Below, piece after piece: positions 47,413 through 55,348 of a DNA stretch of 64,000 nucleotides. Location: assembly GCA_016125455.1 (NCBI GenBank), contig WGLS01000027.1:9954-73953 (forward strand). Direction: 5' to 3'. How positions within the stretch are numbered: the stretch's first letter is position 1; each line of letters opens with the position of its first letter. Position numbers and translations under genes: made by a program. This DNA comes from Alphaproteobacteria bacterium. Lineage in GTDB: Bacteria > Pseudomonadota > Alphaproteobacteria > Caulobacterales > Parvularculaceae. The notes beneath the pieces are model-generated. The model had not been told where the DNA came from. It did no database searches and saw only the letters and a list, made by a program, of their open reading frames with translations.

Positions 47413-48438
47413 CTAGCAGGCGGCAACAAGCCGCTCATCAAGCGCCGCCGCCGTCGAGGACGCCGCTTCAATCGCCGCACGGAGCGAGGCATGAGCGCGC
47501 GCCAGCGCGCCGACGTCCGTGGCGGCGCCCTTTTCCGTCAGCATGCGTCGCCACGCGCGCGCGCCTGGCAGCCCGTGGGCCAGGCCTTGCATATGTCGCA
47601 AGACATGGTGCGGCCTGACGCCGTCGCTCGAAACGCGCCGAATGTAGGCCTCCATCTCAACGACGATTTCTTCGATCCGCCGCGCTGGCCCCTCGTCGCC
47701 GAAAATCTCGCGATCGACGTCAAGGAGGAGCCGAGGCGTCTGGTATGCGGCCCGGCCGAGCATGGCGCCGTCGACCGCGCCAAGATGCGACTTCGCTTCC
47801 TCGACTGTCTTCAGTCCGCCGTTCAGGATAACGCGCAGGCGCGGCCGTTCCTCCTTAAGCCGCTTCACGAGGCCGTAGTCGAGCGGCGGCACATCCCGGT
47901 TCTGCTTCGGACTAAGCCCTTGCAGCCAGGCTTTTCGGGCGTGGACGATGAACGTCTCCACGCCCGCCGCAGCGCAATTGTCGACGAGGGAAAACAGGCT
48001 TTCCTCCGGATCCTGATCGTCGACGCCGATGCGGCACTTTACCGTAATGGGAACCGATGCCGCGCGCGCCATGGCCGCGACGCATTCGGCGACCAGTTCC
48101 GGGGTTCGCATCAGGCAGGCCCCAAAGGTTCCCGATTGCACCCTGTCGGATGGGCATCCGACATTGAGATTGATTTCGTCATAACCAAACCCTTCGCCGA
48201 TCCGCGCGGCTTCGGCCAGCTTGCCGGGTTCCGCGCCGCCGAGTTGCAGCGCAACAGGCCCCTCCGACGGGTCAGAACCCATCAGCATGTTGCGATCCCC
48301 GTGGATCGCCGCGTCGGCGACGACCATTTCAGTATAGAGACGGGCGCGCGCCGTCATTCGCCGGTGAAAGTACCGACAGTGACGGTCCGTCCAGTCCATC
48401 ATTGGCGCGACGGAAAAGGCGTGGTCGTTCAGCATCAT
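47413..48438 (-). CDS. dusA: tRNA dihydrouridine(20/20a) synthase DusA
   Basis: FSVAPMMDWTDRHCRYFHR...EINLNVGCPSDRVQ...TVKCRIG...HARKAWLQGLSPKQNR. Start trimmed to the ATG at 48438. Confidence 0.9.
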   Translation of the reverse strand: MMLNDHAFSVAPMMDWTDRHCRYFHRRMTARARLYTEMVVADAAIHGDRNMLMGSDPSEGPVALQLGGAEPGKLAEAARIGEGFGYDEINLNVGCPSDRVQSGTFGACLMRTPELVAECVAAMARAASVPITVKCRIGVDDQDPEESLFSLVDNCAAAGVETFIVHARKAWLQGLSPKQNRDVPPLDYGLVKRLKEERPRLRVILNGGLKTVEEAKSHLGAVDGAMLGRAAYQTPRLLLDVDREIFGDEGPARRIEEIVVEMEAYIRRVSSDGVRPHHVLRHMQGLAHGLPGARAWRRMLTEKGAATDVGALARAHASLRAAIEAASSTAAALDERLVAAC

Positions 48439-48493
48439 CGCGCCGAGCCTATAGCCGCCGCCGCTAAAAAGCGCAAAACCCGCCGAAGTCGGA

Positions 48494-49465
48494 TCAAAGA
48501 ACGCCAATGCGCTGGAAAACGAGCGCGCCAAGGAAAATGAGAGCGCCTTCGGCGAATACCAGCGGGCCAACCTTGTTCAACATGAATCGGGACAGCCCGG
48601 CGACCCTATCCCTGTCGCGCTCAAGGCGATCCTGGCGATTGCGGCTCGCTTTCGGGAAGAAGAACATCGCGATGACAACCGCGGACTGCAGCACCATCGT
48701 GTCGAATACGACAAGATAAACACTGAGACTCATTGCGGCGGCCGCGATCGGCCCGATCCAGGATGCCCCCTCAGGGATGCGCCGTCGGGGTTTTGCCCCG
48801 TCCCCATCATGCGGGCCACTGACAAGGTCAATCAGCGTTCGCCGGAAGCAACGGTCTGCGCGGCCAATGTCCTTCGGACGCAGGCAGACCAATGCGAGCA
48901 ACGCTGCGAACGCCGTCATGTCGCCCACGTGCCTGTCCGCCAGCGCCTGGATCGCGCCCTGTTCGAACGATGGCACGCACGCCGCCAGCGTCGCTAAGGC
49001 CGCCGCAAAATGCCAATGCGCGACGGCGGCGGCTTCCCCAAGTGGCGACGTTGCTCCGGCGGCTTCCGCTACGCGGAAAAGAAAGATCATTGCCAGGGCG
49101 TTGATTGTCGCGAGGGTCACGACGCCGACCTGCCGCGTCCGCGCAACAATCGTGGGCGTCGGCGAGCGACGCCGGCGAAAACGTCGTGATCTTTCCGCCC
49201 CGAAAAAGGCCGTCATGCCCTGCGCGCCGCAGGTCGGGCAGATTGCTTCCGCTTCGATTGCGCTCAGCGTGGCCGCGCGCTCGGCCAGCCGGTCCAGTTC
49301 CGCCCGCGAGATTGGCGTTTCGGAGCCGCAGGATCGGCACGACAGCACAAGCGCGCTGTTTGTCGACAACAAGTCGCGGGCGGTAAGGCGTTCAGCGACG
49401 ATCCGGATCGGTCGCCACAAGACCGGTCGGCAATCCGCATCGGAGAATGAGCACGTGAGCGACAT
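48494..49465 (-). CDS. Hypothetical membrane protein with N-terminal CxxC...CxxC zinc-ribbon-like module
   Basis: 323-aa ORF with G/C-rich third codon positions. SCRSCGSETPI...ICPTCGAQG is followed by about 6 hydrophobic helices. Confidence 0.5.
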   Translation of the reverse strand: MSLTCSFSDADCRPVLWRPIRIVAERLTARDLLSTNSALVLSCRSCGSETPISRAELDRLAERAATLSAIEAEAICPTCGAQGMTAFFGAERSRRFRRRRSPTPTIVARTRQVGVVTLATINALAMIFLFRVAEAAGATSPLGEAAAVAHWHFAAALATLAACVPSFEQGAIQALADRHVGDMTAFAALLALVCLRPKDIGRADRCFRRTLIDLVSGPHDGDGAKPRRRIPEGASWIGPIAAAAMSLSVYLVVFDTMVLQSAVVIAMFFFPKASRNRQDRLERDRDRVAGLSRFMLNKVGPLVFAEGALIFLGALVFQRIGVL

Positions 49466-49762
49466 CGCTCAGCATGTCCCCCGAATCCGTGAAATTCGTC
49501 TAAAATTGTTCAGTTAACGGCGGACTTACGTTTACGAAGTTGCCGGTTACAGATCGTCAGGGACGCATGCGAGCGCTTGCCGCGATTTGTCTCCGGGACT
49601 GTAGACTTTGGCCGCTCCCGCGCCGTCATTGCCTGCTCGGATGCTGCCGACCCGGAGATCCGGAGATTCCGAATGAGGCGTTCGCCTGCCGGGCGACGTC
49701 CCTTGCTGCCCCGCCTCGCCGGCCACCGGCATCGAACAATTCTTTATCGGTCATTGAAAAAT

Positions 49763-49839
<77 letters not shown>

Positions 49840-49889
49840 ACGCCGATCAAAAAGGGCGTCCTTTGGGCCGCCGCCGTTCGAAGACCGCG

Positions 49890-49918
49890 GTTATAGCGAC
49901 CCTTAACTGGGGTTGCAA
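49890..49918 (-). promoter_or_regulatory. Candidate sigma-70 promoter for tRNA-fMet: TTGCAA-N17-TATAAC
   Basis: Minus strand reads TTGCAAccccagttaagggtcgcTATAAC. The -10 ends about 50 nt upstream of the tRNA 5' end. Confidence 0.4.
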
Positions 49919-49921
49919 GCC

Positions 49922-50665
49922 TTATTCGCCGCGTTTTTGGGGTTTGCGAAACTCGATCATGAAAAAATCGTCGAGCCCCTCGACTTCCAGTTCCTGTTCG
50001 AAACGGAATCCGAAACTCTCGATCTCACTGATCATTTGCTCCTTGCCAAAGCGGATATGATCACGGGACGGATCATTGGCGCGGGCTGGGTCGTACTTGT
50101 GGTCGAGAACGTAAAAGCGGCCATCGTCCGCCAGCGCATCGCGGATGCTGCCGACGGTCGCTTCGGGATCCGCGAAATAATGGTAGGTGTCCGCCACGAA
50201 GGCGACGTCGGCGCTATTGCGCGGCAAAGTCACGTCATCTTCCCGGCTCAGGACGGCGATGACGTTGTCGATATCGGCGTCCGCGACGCGCTGTGTCACC
50301 AGCGACAGGAAACGCGGTTCGATATCGACCGCGTAGACGACGCCGTCCGGACCGACCGCAGGCGCGAAAAGCAGCGAATAAAGGCCTGTGCCGGCGCCGA
50401 TATCCGCGATCCTCTCGCCTGGGCGCAATCTGAGCGCATCGATCACCGCGTCGCGCGCGGCGTAAAGTTCCCGGCTGGAAATCTCCATCGTGTCGAGCCA
50501 CAGATCGACATTCGCGTTTTCGTCCTCGCCATAGGGCGGCGGGGGCAAAGGATCGGCCTGGTCATCGTCCCCGCCAGCGCAGGCCGCGAGGGCGAGAACC
50601 GCCGCGCAGGCCGCGCCCCGGCGACGCGCGCGCCGCGCTGTCCTTCGCCACAAGTCTATTCTCAT
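49922..50665 (-). CDS. Class I SAM-dependent methyltransferase with Arg-rich lipoprotein-type signal peptide
   Basis: Start trimmed to the ATG at 50665: MRIDLWRRTARRARRRGAACAAVLALAACAGG. SAM motif I is RIADIGAGTGLYS, followed by VYAVDIE. Confidence 0.8.
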   Translation of the reverse strand: MRIDLWRRTARRARRRGAACAAVLALAACAGGDDDQADPLPPPPYGEDENANVDLWLDTMEISSRELYAARDAVIDALRLRPGERIADIGAGTGLYSLLFAPAVGPDGVVYAVDIEPRFLSLVTQRVADADIDNVIAVLSREDDVTLPRNSADVAFVADTYHYFADPEATVGSIRDALADDGRFYVLDHKYDPARANDPSRDHIRFGKEQMISEIESFGFRFEQELEVEGLDDFFMIEFRKPQKRGE

Positions 50666-50972
50666 GTCGCGCCTGTCGCCCCGTTCCTCGCGCCAATTCC
50701 CCCGGTTGGCGGCGCACCCTAGGGCGCCAGCTTCGTCTCGCCAATCCTGGCAAAGCGCCATTTCGCGCCGCTTCCGATTGGCCGCGGGCCAAATTCGCGG
50801 TTTCGCTTGCAACGGGAAGACGCCGCCTCGCCTTCGCCCGTCGCGGTACGGTGATTGCAACAGCGTCGTCGCAAAGAACGTGGGCAACCGTCGATTTTCG
50901 TCGACGAGCCAATATGGGACAGTCGGAGCGCGTCGGGACTGGCCCCCGACGCGAGGAGATCCAGAGCAGCCA

Positions 50973-52325
50973 ATGCGCGACCTACTCATTCTGCTGGTCG
51001 TATTCGCAAGCGTCGCCGCCACGCTGCGGTATCCGTTCGTCGGCATTCTGGCCTGGGCGTGGTTTACGCTGATGACGCCGAACCAGCTTGGCTATGGCGC
51101 CTTTGGCGTGCCGCTCAACCTCGTGATCGCCGCGGCGACCATGGGCTCCATCGTCATCAATGGCGGCCTGAAGAACTTCAGAGCCGATCCGGTGACGCTT
51201 GCGCTGGTCTTGTTCGCCGGCTGGCTGACAATCAGCCAGTGGTTCTCGCTCGACGCAGATCAGTCCGCACAATATTATGATCGCTTTATCAAGACGATCG
51301 TCTTTATACTGCTCGCCATCCAGATGACGACCACGCGCCTGCGCGCCCATGCCTTGCTCTGGATGCTGGTGATCAGTGTCGGTTATTTTGGCGCAAAAGG
51401 CGGCCTCTTCACGCTGGCGACGCTCGGCCAGTATCGGGTTCAGGGAATCGAAGACACGGTTTTGGCCGACAACAACCATCTCGGCATCGCGATGGCGACG
51501 ATGCTGCCGCTTGTCGCGTATCTGCGCGAGCAATCGGCGCGCGCGATCGTCCGTCGGGGACTTGAAGGCCTGTTCGTCCTGATGCTGATCGCCGTCATCG
51601 GCACCCAGTCGCGCGGAGCGTTCATTTCCCTAGTGGTGTTCGCGGCGTTCTACTGGCTCTATTCGAAGCACAAGCTGGCCATTATCGCCGCTTTCGTCGC
51701 AATCGCGACGCCGACGCTTTTCATGATGCCGTCAAAATGGTTCGATCGCATGGCGACCATCGGCACGGCGACCGAAGACGAATCGTTCATGGGCAGGGTG
51801 AACGCCTGGCGGATAAATTTCCGCTTCGCTCAGGAAAATCCGGTGACCGGTGCGGGCCTTCGCGTCCCTTACGACGCCGACATGGTGCGAACGATCGAGC
51901 CTGGCCTCGCGGAAGGCGCCAAGGCGGCCCACAGCATCTATTTTGAAATGTTGGGCGGGACCGGTTTTGTCGGCCTGCTCATCTTTCTCACGACGCTGGC
52001 CGTCGCCATTCTGACGGCGATGGCGACCGCTCGTCGCGACAAGGGCGCTAATCCTGACGTCGCGACCTGGAAAGGTCGATTTGCCTATTATGCGCAGATC
52101 TCGCTGATCACTTTTTGCGTCGGCGGCGCTTCGGTCTCGCTTGAAATGTGGGACGGATACTGGATCGTTATTGCCCTGATCGCGGCGGCCGCTCGCGCCC
52201 CCGCTGAAGGGGCGGCGGAGTCCCGCGCAAAAGGCCAACAGCGTGCGCCCTACGCCGGCGAAACCTTTCGGCGCGCGCGGCTCGCGGACCGAAAGCGCGT
52301 CCTGCCGCCTGTCGTCGACGCCTGA
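50973..52325 (+). CDS. O-antigen ligase/polymerase-family (Wzy_C) membrane protein, resembling the exosortase-associated O-glycosylation ligase type
   Basis: Start trimmed to the ATG at 50973: MRDLLILLVVFASVAATLRYPFVGILAWAWFTLMTPNQL. Multi-TM. QSRGAFISLVV...AHSIYFEMLGGTGFVG is the Wzy_C core. Confidence 0.75.
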   Translation: MRDLLILLVVFASVAATLRYPFVGILAWAWFTLMTPNQLGYGAFGVPLNLVIAAATMGSIVINGGLKNFRADPVTLALVLFAGWLTISQWFSLDADQSAQYYDRFIKTIVFILLAIQMTTTRLRAHALLWMLVISVGYFGAKGGLFTLATLGQYRVQGIEDTVLADNNHLGIAMATMLPLVAYLREQSARAIVRRGLEGLFVLMLIAVIGTQSRGAFISLVVFAAFYWLYSKHKLAIIAAFVAIATPTLFMMPSKWFDRMATIGTATEDESFMGRVNAWRINFRFAQENPVTGAGLRVPYDADMVRTIEPGLAEGAKAAHSIYFEMLGGTGFVGLLIFLTTLAVAILTAMATARRDKGANPDVATWKGRFAYYAQISLITFCVGGASVSLEMWDGYWIVIALIAAAARAPAEGAAESRAKGQQRAPYAGETFRRARLADRKRVLPPVVDA

Positions 52326-52377
52326 GACCGCCATGGGCCGCCCCTTGCCAGAGGGGGGAAGCCCAGGGCAAAGGGCG

Positions 52378-52722
52378 TTAGTCGAGCATCCGTTTCACGA
52401 GCATCCGTCGTTTGTAGGCAAGATTGTCGCGGGCGACATTCAGGTCGCTTCTGGCCTTCGACAACTCTTTCATCGCGCTCTCGATGTCGCTGCCCCTGAT
52501 CCAGGCAGCAAGGACGTCAAGGTCGTCGACATTATCAGACGCCAGATTGGCGCGCTCGCCTTCCAGGATATCGAAGCGATGGCCGCAGAATTCGCCGCGC
52601 CGCGCTTGCCCGCAGGTGCATGACGCCTTCAGATTGCTGGAATTGTTTGCGTCCCGACTGATCGTAACCTCAAATACGTCATCGTTTTCGCCAATGACGG
52701 AAAATTTCAGGCTTTGAACCAT
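52378..52722 (-). CDS. Small SWIM-type zinc-finger protein with coiled-coil tail
   Basis: Start trimmed to the ATG at 52722, preceded by GGAGGGAG. CTCGQARRGEFCGH fits CxC-x(n)-CxH. Hand counts of G+C in lines 52381, 52441 and 52621 are 33/60, 35/60 and 29/60, against 45/60 in line 52201 of the neighbouring gene. Confidence 0.55.
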   Translation of the reverse strand: MVQSLKFSVIGENDDVFEVTISRDANNSSNLKASCTCGQARRGEFCGHRFDILEGERANLASDNVDDLDVLAAWIRGSDIESAMKELSKARSDLNVARDNLAYKRRMLVKRMLD

Positions 52723-52837
52723 TTCAGCTCCCTCCACTCCGGCGCGCCATTCCTCGCCGCCGCCCTGCGCCATCGCTGCGATACACGACTATTGGGCGCG
52801 GCGCTAAACGCAATCATCAGCGGGACGCAATAGCCCC

Positions 52838-55303
52838 GTGTTCGGCATCAGCGGCCCCATCAGACGGCTTATCGGCCTCGTCGCAATCTTTCTTGCCTTT
52901 GTGGCGTCCGGCGTCGCGTCGTTCCAGGTCCTGGGCGGCAGTTTCGGCTCGCCGGCCTTTGACGCCTATAAGGTTCTCCAACTTTTCGTGTTGAGCGGCG
53001 ACTGGGTCTTTGGACCGAACTCGAACTGGTTTGTGCGGCGACAGGCGTTCATTGCGCCCGTCTTCACGGTCATCGGGATCATCGAGATCTTCACGGCCCA
53101 GTTCTTTTTTCGAATCTGGCAGGCCTCGAAGCTCGCGCGAATGGACAATCACGCCGTCATCGCCGGCCTGACGCGCGAAACGATGTTCCTTCTCGCGTCC
53201 CTGCGGCACGCGAAGGAACGGGTGGACGTGGCGATTGTCGACGCCCGTTTCGACGATGACATGAGGGCGATGGCGAGACGACTTGGCGCCGTGACTATTG
53301 AAGGCGACGCCGCGTCGCCCGCGGCGCTAAAGGTCGCCCGCATCGACCGGGCGCAGATTGCGATTTCATTTCTGCCCGAAGCGGTCGACAGCCTTCAGTT
53401 CGTGCTCTCCGCCAACAGCCTTATTGAGGACAGCCGAAAGGCTGGCGCGCCTCGGAACCCGGGCGGCGACGCGCGCAGCGTTGATCTCTGGGTCCGGTTG
53501 CAGGACGCGGGCCTTGGCAGCCGGCTCGGCACCTATTTCAAGTTCGCCGGACTGTCCGCCGCCGCGCATCCGCGATTCTTCAGCATTGACGAGATCGCCG
53601 CCCGCAGGCTGATCCGCGCGCACCCGCCGGACCTTTACGCCGACGCGCTCGGCCAGACACGGGTTCACCTGGTCCTGTTCGGCCACAACGCACTGTCAAT
53701 CCAGGTCATCGCGGAGTGCCTTCGCCAGACGACCGTGGCCGGAGACGCTAACGTGACGGTCCTGACAGCCGACCCTGAAGTCGCCGAACGCGAGCTGCGG
53801 GCTATCTTTCCTTCGATCGACGACATGGTGAACCTTGAGGTCCGCCTGCTGACAGTTCATGCGAGCGGCATATCGCAGGCGGACTATCTTTCGCTGCCGA
53901 CCGACGCGTCCATGAACGTGATCTGCTTCGAAAAGCCCGAAGCCTCCGTGAACGCGGCCCTGTCGCTTCGGCGAATGCTGCTTGTGCCTCCTGACATTGG
54001 CGATGCAACGGTCGAACGGCGCACCAATGCGCCAATCCTCGTCCGCCTTTCGAATACGCGCGGGATTGGCGAACTGCTTCGCTCGAACGTCGACAAGAAA
54101 ACCCAGCGCGGCGCGGGCGCAAGCGACGCCGAGAGCGAAATTCCCGACGGCATATTTGCGTTTGGCGCAATAGAAGACCTGCTGACCGGCGATGCCGAAG
54201 ACCTGTTCGTGCCGACGCTGATCGATCCGATGCGCGAACGGCTCGCCCGCGCGCTGCACGAATCCTATGTCGAGAACCGCAGCGCGAATGACGCCGCAGC
54301 GGCCGGCGTCCGGACTGCGCCGTCGTGGGAAGTTCTCTCCCAGGATTTCCGGGAATCAAGTCGGCAGGCCGCGGATCATATCTGGGCGAAGGCGCGCGCT
54401 CTTCGCCTGAGGCTTGTCGACGGCGTCGCCGGCGCGTCGAGCCTGAACCTGTCAGATGAGGAAAATCAGAGGCTGGCCGAGCTGGAACACAATCGCTGGG
54501 TGAATGAACGGCTGCTCAATGGCTGGTCGAGAGGGGCGAAAAGAGTTGACGCCGCAAGAAGGCACAATCTCCTGCGACCGTGGTCGGAACTATCCGCAAG
54601 CGAACGAATGGTCGATGAGCGCCTTGCCGGACGGCTTGAAGCGACCGTACGCTCCGTCGGCAAGACGCTGCAGCGCGAGCTTGTTGTCGGCGTTGTCGGA
54701 CATCGGCCGACGCCGGGACGCGAGTTCGACGAGCGCCACGTGGCGCTGACCATCAGGGCGAAGCTCGAAAAACTGGTTCGCGATCACCCCGATCGGGCGG
54801 TCGTGCTTGTCACCTGCCTTGCTGAAGGCGCGGACACCATCGCCGCGGAAGTCGCGATCGGTCTCGGCATTCCCTACTGGGTGCCATTGCCGATGCCGTA
54901 CGAGGCCTACAGTCAGGATTTCATGGCGGGGCGGACGGTCAGCGACGCCGATGGGGGCGCTGCGCTGAGACGCTTCCGGCGCCTCGTTGCATTGAGTGAA
55001 CGGTACCTAGAGCTGCCGCTGAAATTCGGCGACCTTACTGAAATCAGCCTGTCCCAGGGCGACTATGTCTCGCCGAGGGCGCGCGACCATCAGTACGCCC
55101 TCGCGGGCGCCTACATCGTCGAAAGATCGGACGTCGTGCTGGCGGTCTGGGACGGACGCCCGAGCCAGGGCGTTGGCGGCACGGGCGACGTTGTTGCCTG
55201 GCGGGCCGCCGGGGAGGCGCCGCGGGAATTCGCGACGCCGGCGGCGTTTCGCATGCGTCCGGCGATCACGCCGGCCGTCATTATACGGCCGACCGCGGAC
55301 TAA
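52838..55303 (+). CDS. Multidomain membrane protein: 2-helix membrane module, two Rossmann/RCK(TrkA_N)-like modules, RyR-like repeats and a C-terminal SLOG/LOG-like domain
   Basis: 821-aa ORF with GTG start. Residues 8-95 have helices LIGLVAIFLAFVASGVASF and FIAPVFTVIGIIEIFTAQFFF. Residues ~105-180 and ~275-380 are Rossmann-like with degenerate Gly loops (AVIAGLTRE, LVLFGHNAL). Residues ~463-600 are RyR-like (LARALHESYV, ELEHNRWVNERLLNGWSRG...RRHNLLRPWSELSASERMVDE). Residues ~614-790 are SLOG-like (VVGVVGHRP, LAEGADTIAAEVAIGLGIPYWVPLP, VLAVWDGRPSQGVGGTGDVV). Domain calls are by eye. Confidence 0.7.
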   Translation: MFGISGPIRRLIGLVAIFLAFVASGVASFQVLGGSFGSPAFDAYKVLQLFVLSGDWVFGPNSNWFVRRQAFIAPVFTVIGIIEIFTAQFFFRIWQASKLARMDNHAVIAGLTRETMFLLASLRHAKERVDVAIVDARFDDDMRAMARRLGAVTIEGDAASPAALKVARIDRAQIAISFLPEAVDSLQFVLSANSLIEDSRKAGAPRNPGGDARSVDLWVRLQDAGLGSRLGTYFKFAGLSAAAHPRFFSIDEIAARRLIRAHPPDLYADALGQTRVHLVLFGHNALSIQVIAECLRQTTVAGDANVTVLTADPEVAERELRAIFPSIDDMVNLEVRLLTVHASGISQADYLSLPTDASMNVICFEKPEASVNAALSLRRMLLVPPDIGDATVERRTNAPILVRLSNTRGIGELLRSNVDKKTQRGAGASDAESEIPDGIFAFGAIEDLLTGDAEDLFVPTLIDPMRERLARALHESYVENRSANDAAAAGVRTAPSWEVLSQDFRESSRQAADHIWAKARALRLRLVDGVAGASSLNLSDEENQRLAELEHNRWVNERLLNGWSRGAKRVDAARRHNLLRPWSELSASERMVDERLAGRLEATVRSVGKTLQRELVVGVVGHRPTPGREFDERHVALTIRAKLEKLVRDHPDRAVVLVTCLAEGADTIAAEVAIGLGIPYWVPLPMPYEAYSQDFMAGRTVSDADGGAALRRFRRLVALSERYLELPLKFGDLTEISLSQGDYVSPRARDHQYALAGAYIVERSDVVLAVWDGRPSQGVGGTGDVVAWRAAGEAPREFATPAAFRMRPAITPAVIIRPTAD

Positions 55304-55348
55304 CGTGAAGCCAGATGCTTCCTTCGTCCACCGGCGCGAAGCTTTGCG

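Noticed and set aside
47266-48540. 424-aa plus-strand ORF antisense to dusA; similarly 32934-33881 antisense to apt, and 60227-60952 / 60969-61838 antisense to the SDR, HAD and SET genes
   Set aside because: The opposite-strand genes have strong family signatures, and these ORFs are Arg/Pro/Gly-rich shadows.
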